A DNA stretch of 64,000 nucleotides from an uncultured Nitrososphaerales archaeon (GTDB lineage: Archaea > Thermoproteota > Nitrososphaeria > Nitrososphaerales > Nitrososphaeraceae): contig CAVQMO010000010.1 in assembly GCA_963713605.1 (NCBI GenBank), positions 896,001 through 960,000 on the forward strand, given 5' to 3'. Positions 23,487-34,959 of this stretch are shown here, one piece after another. Both the position numbers and the translations under genes were made by a program. Under the pieces are notes generated by a model. That model was not told the origin of the DNA, ran no database searches, and saw only the letters and a program-made list of their open reading frames with translations. Each line of letters opens with the position of its first letter. Positions within the stretch are counted from its first letter, which is position 1.

Positions 23487-24101
23487 TTAGTAGATATTTA
23501 CTGCTATGCTAAAGGGGACATGAAATGTAAACTTGTCTGTCTTTGGATCATAAATCGTATATAGAGACGACAAATCTACGTTGTTGAAATTCTTATTGAT
23601 TATTCCATTACTAACATTTACATCTCTAGCTAGCATAACTGGAAAGTCGATTCTTGTATTATTGATTTGATCAGCATCATCAGTTATCTGCTTTGCGCTC
23701 GCATTCACCTCAATATTTGTAGCTGAGATGTTAAAACCCAATAGACTATACTTAAGAGTAGGCATTGTGAATTTTAATGGCCCCCCCGAGTCACTCACAA
23801 TTTCACGCTTAAGGGTTTCATTTGGAAAGATCTGGTCTCCATCGATTTCTACTGTATGTTCAAATAGGTTTGCAATGTTCAATGAATTACCTTCAAAAAT
23901 ATCAAATACATTGTTACCATTATCAACTTCAATAAAATCATGCCGTGTGTCCGCAAGTAGCCATTGAATATTACAACTACCAAGTACCAGAAGTGACAAA
24001 TACAATGACAAAAAAGAAAAGACCTTCATCAATTCATAGACTTTTTGCATAGGTACTTCCCCAAGTAGTACGAATATCTTTAGCGAGCCTTTCATCTCCA
24101 T
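23487..24101 (-). CDS. Hypothetical exported protein (start uncertain)
   Basis: Hydrophobic segment followed by a beta-rich domain. Confidence 0.6.
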   Translation of the reverse strand: MEMKGSLKIFVLLGEVPMQKVYELMKVFSFLSLYLSLLVLGSCNIQWLLADTRHDFIEVDNGNNVFDIFEGNSLNIANLFEHTVEIDGDQIFPNETLKREIVSDSGGPLKFTMPTLKYSLLGFNISATNIEVNASAKQITDDADQINNTRIDFPVMLARDVNVSNGIINKNFNNVDLSSLYTIYDPKTDKFTFHVPFSIAVNIY

Positions 24102-24336
24102 CAGTTGTTCAAGCTCCCGCTACTATCAACGAGTAGGCATAGTCCCGACCTATTCCTGGGTCTTTTACAAGTCATACCAAGAGCTAATATAGCAAGAACG
24201 TAGATAAGGATTAAGAGGACGCTAATAATAATTTATATTCTTGCCCAAGCCGTTTTACCGACTGTAATGAATGAGCTTTGTTTCAGGAGCGTACTTTCAG
24301 GCGCTATTGAGAAGTGATACCAACTCTTACCACACA

Positions 24337-24867
24337 TCACCTTATTATTGCATTCACCTTAATTTCATGCATCATACTATACATTGCAGGACATCTTTCT
24401 TCTGCTAATCTAATTATTTCTTCTAACTGCTGCTTGTCTGCATTTTGACTTTCTGCTTCAATCTGAAACTCAATTCCTTCAGTTATTGGTTCGTCAGCTA
24501 TATCAAACGTCTTTGCAAAATTAATGCTACATTGTGCATTCACATTGAGTTTGGAGAGTCTTATACCTTTAGAGGAGGCTACAGTTACAAATGTTGCAAT
24601 GAAACAGGATGTAATCCCTGCCACACAATATGCCATAGGTCCAAGTCTGTTTCCATTACCACCAAGAAATGAAGGAGAATCAATTTCAATTACTTGTTTC
24701 CCTTTCTCATACGCTAATTCTGTCTTGAATTGATATGGTTTATCAGGATTCAAGTTCCATTCAGCTGCTAACTTAACTGGCCTTCTCAAGGTGGAGAGAT
24801 CATTTCTTCCTTCTTCAATAGTCTTTGATATTTTATTTAGATCTACATTGTTGGTAATGTTGGACAT
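24337..24867 (-). CDS. OsmC-like protein
   Basis: DSPSFLGG...AGITSC...AEERCPA. Confidence 0.88.
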   Translation of the reverse strand: MSNITNNVDLNKISKTIEEGRNDLSTLRRPVKLAAEWNLNPDKPYQFKTELAYEKGKQVIEIDSPSFLGGNGNRLGPMAYCVAGITSCFIATFVTVASSKGIRLSKLNVNAQCSINFAKTFDIADEPITEGIEFQIEAESQNADKQQLEEIIRLAEERCPAMYSMMHEIKVNAIIR

Positions 24868-25387
24868 TTACATTCTTGTAGTAGTAGTAGTGTTACATAT
24901 ACTTGCTTACTTGGAAACTCTACGACATTCTTCTGCACATCTGTGTATTATCCTTAGCAAATGAGGATGATTCTGTGGTAACCACTGATGTTGAAGAAAA
25001 TACAATTCCCATATCCCGTAGTAGATCTATTGAAAATGTTAATGATAGACGGGTGGGGGGTCTATTTTTCAAATTCCATTCTTAGCTACACTGGGTGCAC
25101 CGACCCCACACTAAGATTAGTCCATCAAATAGCTTGAAAGATGAGCTTTTTCGAACAGCATCAAGAAAGTACCAGTTGAGAGCGACAAAATAGCATAAGT
25201 GTCCCTGGCTTGGTTTCACTATCTATTCTATATATACACTATCTTCATACTATACGTATTCATATTCAGTCTAGTTATTACGGGGATAGATAATGACTGG
25301 TAGCTAGGGACACTAGGGACAGTTATTTCTGTTTGAATCACTACCTAATCTACCGATGTAAAGAGATATTATATACATTAAAAAACT

Positions 25388-25600
25388 ATGAAGACTGTCA
25401 ACATGAGTAATTTTCCACCCAGATGTTATTATTGTGATAGTAAAGACTTTGGCACGGTTGACGGATATGAGCGTCACATCGTAACTAGGCACCCAAACCT
25501 GCCCGGTTACCCTGGACCTGCAGATATCAAGTATTACCGCTTAGAAAAACAAGACATGTACTGGGAACGTGAGATAAAAGCGGATTTTGAATGGAAATAG
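25388..25600 (+). CDS. Small CxxC...HxxxxH Zn-finger protein with PGYPGPADI motif
   Basis: CYYC...YERHIVTRHPNLPGYPGPADI; relic paralogs at 58267 and 62800. Confidence 0.7.
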   Translation: MKTVNMSNFPPRCYYCDSKDFGTVDGYERHIVTRHPNLPGYPGPADIKYYRLEKQDMYWEREIKADFEWK

Positions 25601-25942
25601 TTAGTTGTTCACCATTTTTGATACAGCCCCTAATTATGTATGTAAACTCGAACGAAGGTAAGATTGAGATAAATATTACCGATGATCATGATCGGGTTGA
25701 ACAAAAAGGTAAAACAGCTAAGGATATATGCGATGATCCAAATTGCAATCGTATTACGTGTAACACATTTTATCCATTGAAAACCGTGCATTTTAGGCTG
25801 GATCTTCAGGTTAAACTCGGATTATCTTTGCGTAAATGGCCTAATTTCATCATATAGCATGTTGAATGATTCTATGGTATTTAATGGTGACTAATACCAT
25901 AAGTTGCCAATGTATATATAACTGTCATGAGAAGATAGAAAC

Positions 25943-26581
25943 ATGTCAATATCAAAAAGAGTAGAAGAGAAAGCTATTGAAGATACTCAAAGAGTCGCTG
26001 CAGAAGCCAAGAGTATGAAAGATAAACGCGATGCAGCTCAAACTTTACAACAAGTTGGACAACAACAACAGGTAGTAGCACAAGACTTTACACACACATT
26101 GTATAGAACATTAGATGAAACTAAAGAGAATGTAAATAAATCACTAGATGAAGCGAGAACTCAAATTCCACGATTTACCCATGTAGTTACTAATTATCAA
26201 GAGCAAGTTTTACAATCCACTGGAAAAATGGTAGAAGATTATGTTGAAGCTCAAAAATCAGTAATGAATGCTGTCTTTAACTCTGCAAACCCGTATTATG
26301 AAAATGCTAATAGAATGTTTAGTTACTGGTTTTCTCCTAGAGTCTCTGCAGAGATATGGGCCAGATCAGTTAGCAATATTGTCGAAAACGTCTCAGCATC
26401 AGCTAGAATAGGTAACGACATCTTATTTAGAAATATTGAAGCCTTGGGAAACGATTTCGAACGAGCTCAACAACACACAAAAGAGTTTACGAGAGTCAAT
26501 GCGAATACAGCAAAAGCTATTGAAAATACTGCAAGAGAAATTACAGCAGAGTTTTCAGTTAATAGTCAGAGAAGTTTATAG
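25943..26581 (+). CDS. Helical Q/N-rich protein, phasin-like
   Basis: All-helical amphipathic 212-aa ORF; TATA-like box at about 25913. Confidence 0.65.
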   Translation: MSISKRVEEKAIEDTQRVAAEAKSMKDKRDAAQTLQQVGQQQQVVAQDFTHTLYRTLDETKENVNKSLDEARTQIPRFTHVVTNYQEQVLQSTGKMVEDYVEAQKSVMNAVFNSANPYYENANRMFSYWFSPRVSAEIWARSVSNIVENVSASARIGNDILFRNIEALGNDFERAQQHTKEFTRVNANTAKAIENTAREITAEFSVNSQRSL

Positions 26582-27011
26582 ATAGAACTGCCTGCTAACA
26601 GAAATCTGATATATTAGAAATTACTCTAGTCATCAACTGATGACTAGGTAAGCTAATTATTTTGCGATATAATCGCTATGTTTTTGCCGTCTGAATCTGT
26701 AGAATTTAGAGCCGTTTTATTATTGCGACTAATGTTACCATTCGGTTGAGCTATCACGACCATAGTTTCGCTGATGGTAAACCCAACGACAACTGCTACA
26801 GCTCACATGTGATCCAGCTATTTTTCAACTCTGTCCAGTAATTAGGTATTTCATCAAACGCGTAATCTGAGTCATTCAATTCCATTAGTAGGCCTTCATC
26901 AATGTCTGCATGTTTCAACTGAAACGACGATACCAGATCTGCTGATATTAAGTTTTAATGTTCAGAAATTCGAGCAGTTTGTATATATATCGTGTGCTAT
27001 ACACCTGTGCA

Positions 27012-27188
27012 ATGACAAGAGTTATAATTAAATGTACTCAGAATGGTCCGAACCTGATTACGGTAGATGGCAATGTCTTTGCCGCCATGTGTAGATGTGG
27101 GGCGTCCAATAGTAAACCGTACTGTGATGGAGCTCATGGTAAGATTGGATTCAAGGCGGAGCCTACAGAAATAATAGTTTCAAAATAA
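27012..27188 (+). CDS. CDGSH iron-sulfur domain protein
   Basis: NGP...CRCGASNSKPYCDGAH. Confidence 0.9.
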   Translation: MTRVIIKCTQNGPNLITVDGNVFAAMCRCGASNSKPYCDGAHGKIGFKAEPTEIIVSK

Positions 27189-27708
27189 CCTCGTGTCAAT
27201 CTTGTTAAACTTACGACCTAGATCGATGATCAGCCGAAATTGCATTCTTGCCCCATTAATTTCAAAATGGATGCTGATGTAGTAAAAAAGATCCATATTA
27301 CGGACGACTAGGAGGACAGAATAAATATGAGGCAGCATTCTGTGGCAAGCAAAATGACCAGAGCAATAGTGAAATAGTTGATAATTCAATCGCTACAAAC
27401 GTCGCAAACAATTTTGCATCCTGAACTATTGATTCAACAGTAGATCAGCGAGCTGCTGTTCCCTCATCTGAACTAAATAACTATAGCATTCATTTGATTT
27501 ATTAATAGTACCGACGAAATAGCATGGTACGACTGTTTATATGAGCTTTCTATTGAGCCTAATATATCAGATTTAGATCGTCTTGTCGTTATCATAAGAT
27601 TAATTTACTAATTATGCGCATTAGGTCTCAGATGCTGATATCGATAGAGCGATACATATATGGTACAAGAAGTTCATTGCATCAAAACCACCTCTGACAT
27701 TCTATATT

Positions 27709-28518
27709 TCAACAACCAAAATTGGTAACCCATTTATCATTCGCAAACTCGCTCACATCGCAAAAGTCTTCATACACGGTAGCCTTCCCCGCCTCTAATA
27801 GAAGCTGGTTCACAGATGCCTTGCTGTCGTTACAATATACTACGCCAATCAACCTATCATAGCTTCCCTCTTTTTGACCGTCGTCTTCATCTACCAGTGC
27901 GTTACCCCCAATTTGACATGTTGACTCTGTGAAATCGGTCGCCTCATTATATCCAACTTCCCCCTTCTCTGGCGTATTGACCATTGAAAGACGGATGCGC
28001 ACATTATTGACGTCGAATGTATCGCCGTCAACAATATCAGTAACAACGCCTTTAAAACAATCAGCTGAACCTTTGCATTCAGGCAGCCCGCTTCGAGAGC
28101 CAGGAATATTAGAAACCACACTACCTTTGCGGATTGATTCTCGCGGGACAACCTCGTTAGAGCTAGAACTTATGCTCGCACTGCCTGCCTCACAACCTGT
28201 ACCGTCACCTTCGCTGTCAAATCCATGTGGATCAGGCGGTATAACTTTGAAATCTTCGTCTATGATATCATCACAATTCAAGTCTGGCGGTGGAGACGCT
28301 ATACAGACTTTTGGATATGAAGCATCACAATTTGCGTTGGGTGGATAAGGTTGTGTTGGCGTAGTAATGGAGTTATGTAATCCCAACGGCTCTGAGGTAT
28401 TAGAGATTTGTGTGAGCCAATTTGCTGCTGCAGCTGACACTTCTCCCGCCGCTTCCAATGTTATCATAATGATAATGGCGGCTGCGACAGTAGCCATACT
28501 AACAATCTTCCGTACCAT
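27709..28518 (-). CDS. Secreted thermonuclease (SNase-like) with excalibur-like Ca-binding domain
   Basis: CDASYPKVCI...DLNC...DPHGFDSEGDGTGCE; IVDGDTF, IRLSMVNTPE, SYDRLIG. Confidence 0.88.
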   Translation of the reverse strand: MVRKIVSMATVAAAIIIMITLEAAGEVSAAAANWLTQISNTSEPLGLHNSITTPTQPYPPNANCDASYPKVCIASPPPDLNCDDIIDEDFKVIPPDPHGFDSEGDGTGCEAGSASISSSSNEVVPRESIRKGSVVSNIPGSRSGLPECKGSADCFKGVVTDIVDGDTFDVNNVRIRLSMVNTPEKGEVGYNEATDFTESTCQIGGNALVDEDDGQKEGSYDRLIGVVYCNDSKASVNQLLLEAGKATVYEDFCDVSEFANDKWVTNFGC

Positions 28519-28876
28519 AACTTTTCTATTGAAATGATATTTATTAGTCTTAGAAAAAGTAAGAGTGTAATCTATTTCTAAGATATACGATTTTAGATTT
28601 AACTCACGAGGTTTAGCATGCACAGTTTTTAATAGATTTTTCTGCTTCGTCTCAGGTTCATCTAACTCTTCAAGTGAGTCAATGTAATAGCCGAAGTTGA
28701 GAACGATAGTAGTAGCGCGATCGTAACGGACAGACTGAATTTATGAACAAGTAACTTGAAGAGTCAGAGTTCATTCATTAATTGTTTTGCCAGCTATTGA
28801 TAGAATCGATTTCATCTTAATAGCCACACAAATAATAATTGAATAAAAAATAAGGCAGAATCTCGTTGGATAGAGC

Positions 28877-29297
28877 CTATTGCCCGATAGTTCCATTAGT
28901 CGCTAGTCTCAACACCGGACTAAATGTACCACCATTGTCAGTGCTAAATCTTAGCACTGGCTCAGAGCTTGTAGAATTTGTTTCCCACCAAGTTACGATT
29001 ACGTTATCATCAGTAGCTTCTACATCGACGTCAGTTGAATTGGAACCAGGTGAATTGCTCAGATTAACTTTATCTTGGTATATTTGTCCACCATTTCCCG
29101 ACATTCTAAACATAACCTCCGTGTTCTTAGTAACCGGATAACTGCTATCCAGCACAACATAAACGGTTTCACCAGATGTAGCAATAACGGCTGGAGCTTG
29201 TTTCAGTGAGACAGCTGCGTATGATGACTGCAACTTTACTCCCGAATATTGCTAATACGACCACAGCAATAACAAACTCGGCAAGGTATTGTTTCAT
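28877..29297 (-). pseudogene. Secreted BNR/sialidase-like repeat protein, deleted and frameshifted
   Basis: Asp-box-like STDNGGTFS; VNLSNSPGSNS; signal peptide in another frame. Confidence 0.6.
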
Positions 29298-29536
29298 GAT
29301 ATTTCAAAATAAAAAGTTGAATATAAGCAGTGTTGTTTATCATTTAGCATCGCGTTGCGTATTGAGTGATATCCAAGTTATGCTAGAGTAATATCCAATC
29401 TAGTATGATTTTCACTGAAGTTCAGTTCAAGAAAATTCAGAAAAACACAGTCGATAATTAATATTTTGTATATTTTTCGGCTAGGACCAAAAATCCGCAT
29501 GAAATATTTATATAACATGCGTAAGACTTTGTATGT

Positions 29537-29728
29537 ATGAGTAAGATAAAGAAAGGTGCTGAATATGCTGGACATGATGTGAAGAAAGGTGCTGAATATG
29601 CTGGACATGATGTGAAGAAAGGTGCTGAATATGCTGGACATGATGTGAAGAAAGGTGCTGAATATGCTGGACATGATGTGAAGAAAGGTGCAAAGTCTGT
29701 ATTTAATAAAATGAAAAAAGCTCTATAG
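29537..29728 (+). CDS. LEA-like protein made of 11-aa repeats KKGAEYAGHDV
   Basis: Four exact 33-bp tandem repeats in frame; TTTATATA about 30 bp upstream of the ATG. Confidence 0.75.
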   Translation: MSKIKKGAEYAGHDVKKGAEYAGHDVKKGAEYAGHDVKKGAEYAGHDVKKGAKSVFNKMKKAL

Positions 29729-30831
29729 TGACCTGAACGAGCAGGGACGTCTGAATATTTTTTCAATTTTCTAATCTAAGACCTCCGTCGCTAATCAAAC
29801 ATGAATTCATTCGCAACGGGTTTTTTTACGTATTTTGATATGGCCCGCTTTATACGCTGCAACAGATTATTGACATGTTGGTTTTTTCATTTAATTCACG
29901 TTACTTTTGATTTATCTTTTTGTGGCCTAAATGGTGGACTATATTATATGATGATTTTAGCGCAATCTTTGTAATAATAACTTCTTGATCTCCCTCTGCT
30001 AACAACAGCATGATCTTTCGTGATAAATTGTTTGCATGAGATACAGCGCCCGTTCTGCTTTAATTCAACCATCTTGATTATGCGAAGTATTCTTTCGTTT
30101 GGGCAGGCCATGTGCTATCTTTAGTCCACGGTAAGCGATAACATTGGAACATCTTCCACAGAAGTGTTTGTCATTTATAATTATCTTGGACTTGTATTTG
30201 TTACATCTACTACAATACATTTTTTCTATGCTCTGGTAATAGTGTATTAAGTCTTCCGATTATATCTTGAAGAGTTACCAGTCCAATTGTTTGATTTGGT
30301 TGGATCAGCTAATAGATTTATAACATCTGTTTTTACGTTTTAGATTTGGATCTCTGTCAAGTGGTACTGATCGAAGCATCCCAGCTGTAGCGAGTATAAA
30401 ACCCCTAACATCGTTTTGTATTCCCAAGCCAGAGACGTATAAATCCCCAACATGTCCCCGTTGTGCACATGGCCTGCCCAAACATTACACAAAATGCCTA
30501 TATGTGTTAACTTCTGATACATCTCAAGCCCGGCATGACCACAAATGTATGATTTCAAAATACCAGTTCTGCTTCAGAATTAAGTGATAAGCTACTCAAA
30601 GTCGTCAATGAGCATTGCTATCTCCAGACTTGTGAATCTCGTTCACCACCATCGTCATATACTCTTTGATATCATTATCGTTCATCGAAGATTCAACTCC
30701 GGTCTGGGCGTTTTATAGATGAATATAGTCTACATTGTATTTCTTACAGTTTTAAAAACTAAATAAAACATTATCAAGACATATAAATAAGATCTAGATC
30801 AAAGAGCTGAAATGATTAGGCTTAACTTAGC

Positions 30832-31182
30832 ATAATTACTGACTTACTGATCCAAACAACCAAGATCTCTTCCAATAACACATACATTAATAGAGAGAAA
30901 CGTATTAATCAGATCTACTTTGTAATCTGTAATTCGTGTTTTTGGTGTGCGTCTTATTTCGGAATTGACGAATTAGAGTCTCTTTCTGGATCATTATCAC
31001 ATGTTCTCGACTGTGATGTTTGTAGTTCTCATAACACTGAACTGATACCCATATCGGCTGACGAATCATTCAGAATAGATTACTATCTAACCACGGGAAT
31101 GCAGATAGAATTTTACAAGAGCAACAGCATTGTTGTTAGGCAGCAATCTGTTGTTTCGCCAGTGTTGATGGATGAGAGTTAA
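30832..31182 (+). pseudogene. Paralog of the 1151..1519 Cys-rich protein; ATA where the paralog has ATG
   Basis: IYFVICNSCFWCASYFGIDELESLSG...CDVC...ESFRIDY; missed by the ORF track. Confidence 0.8.
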
Positions 31183-31414
31183 AAATTTTTATTCATCAGA
31201 AGAAATTACAAATAGGTCATGGAATCTATCGGCTAGAATCGTCATGACCAGCAACCCGTCAACCCGCTCGTCGGATTACATCGCATGCAAAAGTTGAATT
31301 CATATGTGGAATAAATAATATAAGCATTGTAATTTAGGCGATCATTTACCGGCAGTTTTACAGTTAGTTCGCGACGGCGTAGCCAAGATCGATTATGAAT
31401 AGTACATATTGAGA

Positions 31415-31688
31415 TCATATCCATACAATCATTTTCGAAGCATTGGATTTCATCTTGCCAATGTGAGTCATTTGGTACAAGCCGCTGATTCGATCTTGCT
31501 TGATCCATCCAATATCTTTGAGAAACTCCATAATACCATTGATGAACCGGACGTCATCATCGAAATCTTCTGAAATCTTTTCGACACTTTGGCTATCTAC
31601 AAGTCTCATTAAAACATACTTTGCCAGTTCTAAACCAGATAGCGCATTGGAATAAATTGAGTACTCATTTGTCGTCGCTGTCAGTCAT
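31415..31688 (-). CDS. Small winged-helix-like protein (5' end uncertain)
   Basis: FLKDIGWIKQD...LYQMTHIG; paralog of 57730..57966. Confidence 0.6.
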
Positions 31689-31908
31689 CTTGCCCACCAT
31701 TATCATGATATACATTCCCGTTCGCCTCATTTTATGGTTATTATCATCACTTTTAAGCCTGCTGGTAAGTTAAACGTAATGCATTGGTGCGTTTTTTATT
31801 AACTTCTTTTTAATATGCTGATATAAACATCAGTGATGACGACATTCTATTCAGATATGGATTTCGATCGATGAGGCAGTCAAATTTGTTAATACCTAAT
31901 TTATCGGG

Positions 31909-32276
31909 TTAGTCTAACTTTATTGTCTCTTCCACAAGCTTAATCCAACTACTTAATTAGATTGGCTTTTTTACATATCTTACTATACACTTGCTCTCTT
32001 CCAATTCTTTCAGTAGTGACTCAGTTAGACTATATGCAGATATCAAAATTATTTTAGTTCATTATACTCTTTTATCTTACGGGCAACAGATTCTTCAGAT
32101 ATGTCGCTCAATCTGTAATCCAATAATAAGAGATGTATTTTGTTTCCCCGGTTCTTTTCTTCTATGAATTTCTCAATGCAATCTTTGCCAGAACTGCTTA
32201 AAATGACATTATATTTTGATTTGAAGGCCTTTCCAAATAAATTTAGTAGATCCTGCTCATCATCGCATATCATCAC
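31909..32276 (-). pseudogene. Response regulator receiver, frameshifted with internal stop
   Basis: ICDDE, LLLDYRL; ILISAY...VKKPI in another frame. Confidence 0.8.
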
Positions 32277-32729
32277 AGTCTTTTATTCTGTTTCAAAATC
32301 TTGAAATTTCAATTTTGGTTATGCAAGCCAGAGTCTGAGTGAGTATTTATAACATTTGTCATAACTTGTATTGATTGTATTGACATTAACGTATCACATA
32401 CATACCTCAATAAATTATTCCATAAACATAAACTTAACTCAGTACTCATGGAAGCACTATGTCGATAAACTATTTAGATACTTTATCCGCTGAACGTTCA
32501 GTAAGATTTACCTTACTAGTGTTCAACTGCCTCAGCGTTTAGTCAATATTCGATCGTAATGAATCTCCCAGCATTGCCAATGTGGGTAAAGCGGCCTCTA
32601 GAGAACTCCCAATCAGACTTGCAGTTATGTTGTAGTACAGTTGCCAGGCTACATAACTTGTTCTCCAATGATGGTAAAATAATACAGATGAATGATCAAG
32701 TTATAAATAAAAAGACACAAAACTTATTT

Positions 32730-33099
32730 ATGGTAAAAATCGTAGAAATGGACGAAAGAATAACTCTTGCGAAACAGTTGGATGAAGATGTCGGTCCAAT
32801 CGTTATGATGAACAAGTTCAATGTAAACCCCGACGAAGTCGATGAGTTTTTAAAGGTATTCGCTAAGACTACTGAAACGTTTAAACAACAACCCGGATTC
32901 ATTTCGGCTCAGTTCCATCGAGGCATTGGTGGCAGTACTACGTTTGTTAACTATGTTGTATGGGAGTCTGCGAGCACATTTTAAGCAGGCATTTGATAGA
33001 CCAGAATTTAGATCAAACATGGCTAAAGTTTTGCCCAATACTGTGATGTCTCCACATCTTTTCAAGAAGGTTTCAGTCCCCGGCATCTGTGTAGATTGA
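32730..33099 (+). pseudogene. Antibiotic biosynthesis monooxygenase (ABM) family, frameshift near 32980
   Basis: QQPGFISAQFHRGIGGSTTFVNYVVWES + SPHLFKKVSVPGICVD. Confidence 0.85.
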
Positions 33100-33530
33100 T
33101 CTGTATTCAAGACAACTCAGCTGACTCAGGTTTACAATGTATGGGAGATGATTCATGACAAGATATTTGGTATTATTTGCGGTAACGATAGAAGTTTATT
33201 TATATTATATGATGCTTGAACTGGAGATTGCGATCTATTATCGGTGGACTAAAATCTTCAAGCAAGATTAAAGGCTTGAGCATTTAGGATACATTGCTAC
33301 GAATTAAAAACAGATTTATTTTCTATTTGAGCTAGCTATCGCCAGGGTTGTGGTCAGGGGTTACTTCAGAGCCCGATAAATTCAAACTCGAGAAACCTCG
33401 TAGTTGGACCTATCAGTCCGCATAAAAGAAGATTTTCATTAGATTTCGACTATTAGATGCTGGGATACATAATTGATCGTGAAATTCAAAGCTCCTTGTA
33501 AATACTTTTTAATTATCATAACAAGGAGCA

Positions 33531-34430
33531 TTGAACAAACAGCTTCCATTCAATAAAGGAACGTGTGCATTGATTTGCGGATCTCTGTTAGTCATGTCAA
33601 TTCTTTCTACGGCTAATGTAGGGATAAATTACATATCCAAGAATAACATACTTGTCGCAAATGCAAAATCAAACACTGAAAGAAGTGATATTCCATTCAT
33701 ATTACCTTTACCTGTGCAAAAAATGACAGATACTAACCCTACCATGGAGGCTACAGCAACCTACGCTACAAGTACCGTGGCAGATAATTTTGAAAGCGGA
33801 CTGTATACTCTGAAAGGAGGACAGGTATCTCCGAATGGAAAATGGAAGGACATTTACACGGGCTATGGGACGGTAGGTGTACGTCAGGGTCAGAGTAACA
33901 ATGAATATATGTATTTAGCTACAAAACCATCTACTTCTCCAAGCGAGACGCACGCTGCTTTATTAAGTACTACTAAACTATTCAAGAATTTTGATCTGAC
34001 TGCAAAAGTGATGACCGAGAAACAACTAAGACAAAATTCACCTCCCGGTAACTGGGAAACTGCTTGGATTATGTGGAATTGGCAAGATAACTATCATCAA
34101 TATAGCTTCAATCTTAAAAAAATTGGATATGAGCTACAGAAAAAAGACAATGAGAGGCAGGATAACTCGGCACAGGTATTCCTTGTAACTGGAAAATCCC
34201 CTTCAACAAAGATTGGAGTCTGGCAAAATTGGCACATACGGGTCACCGGAACAGAGACGGGAACACCTCACATAATAGTATGGATAGATGGTATCAAAAT
34301 CATTGACTATATCGACAATAAGGCTGGTATCCCAAGAAACAGCTTGAAAATGAATCAAGGAGGATTCATCGGATTATATGCAGATGATGCGGCGGCTCGC
34401 TTTGACAACGTGGTCATAAAGCCATTGTAA
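33531..34430 (+). CDS. Secreted ConA/LamG-like (DUF1080-like) beta-sandwich protein
   Basis: Signal peptide; KNFDLTAKV, GFIGLYADDAAARFDNV. Confidence 0.75.
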   Translation: MNKQLPFNKGTCALICGSLLVMSILSTANVGINYISKNNILVANAKSNTERSDIPFILPLPVQKMTDTNPTMEATATYATSTVADNFESGLYTLKGGQVSPNGKWKDIYTGYGTVGVRQGQSNNEYMYLATKPSTSPSETHAALLSTTKLFKNFDLTAKVMTEKQLRQNSPPGNWETAWIMWNWQDNYHQYSFNLKKIGYELQKKDNERQDNSAQVFLVTGKSPSTKIGVWQNWHIRVTGTETGTPHIIVWIDGIKIIDYIDNKAGIPRNSLKMNQGGFIGLYADDAAARFDNVVIKPL

Positions 34431-34574
34431 TTGACGACAGGTAGTACACTAAGTCCATGATTCATTTCACTTCCTGCTATATCCTGTGGAAGTACATTGG
34501 ACATGTCAGTTTCCTAAGCAATAATGAACAGGAAATATTCAATTCTCTCGGACCTGGGGGACCGTGTGATCCTG

Positions 34575-34729
34575 ACCCTAGGCCGGTGGTTTTGGCAATG
34601 GACCATTTTGATACTATACTATACTAGGGGCTTAGATGGTTTAAGTGCTATTCTTACCCTAGGCCGGTGGACCATTTTGATACTATACTATACTAGGGGC
34701 TTCTATGGTTTAAGTGCTATTCTTACCCT
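34575..34729. repeat. Tandem duplication, period 69 bp
   Basis: 34599..34660 and 34668..34729 differ at 2 positions; ACCCTAGGCCGGTGG at 34575 and 34656. Confidence 0.9.
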
Positions 34730-34959
34730 TATTCCGCTGGCGGCGTTGCATTCCCTTTTCTTATCTGTTGTTCTGTTTTAAGATACTCCTCGAATTTTAC
34801 AAGTGATGGTATTAAATAGTGTAAATCATGCAATGTATCATCTACCTTGATGTCTTTCCAGTTTGAGATAATTTTCTGAAAGCGTTCTTCTTCGTTACTT
34901 GGAAAGCCTACTAGTGCGCCATATAATTCACTTATAACCTTGTTCACTTCAGTAGCCAT
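34729..34959 (-). CDS. Hypothetical protein
   Basis: 76-aa ORF with GGAGA upstream. Confidence 0.5.
   Translation of the reverse strand: MATEVNKVISELYGALVGFPSNEEERFQKIISNWKDIKVDDTLHDLHYLIPSLVKFEEYLKTEQQIRKGNATPPAE

Noticed and set aside
27891..28348. Overlapping ORFs 27891..28151 and 27929..28348, and similar shadow ORFs elsewhere in the track
   Set aside because: Antisense or alternate-frame shadows of well-supported genes
29549..29690. 33-bp repeats as a CRISPR array
   Set aside because: No spacers; head-to-tail in-frame coding repeats; no cas genes
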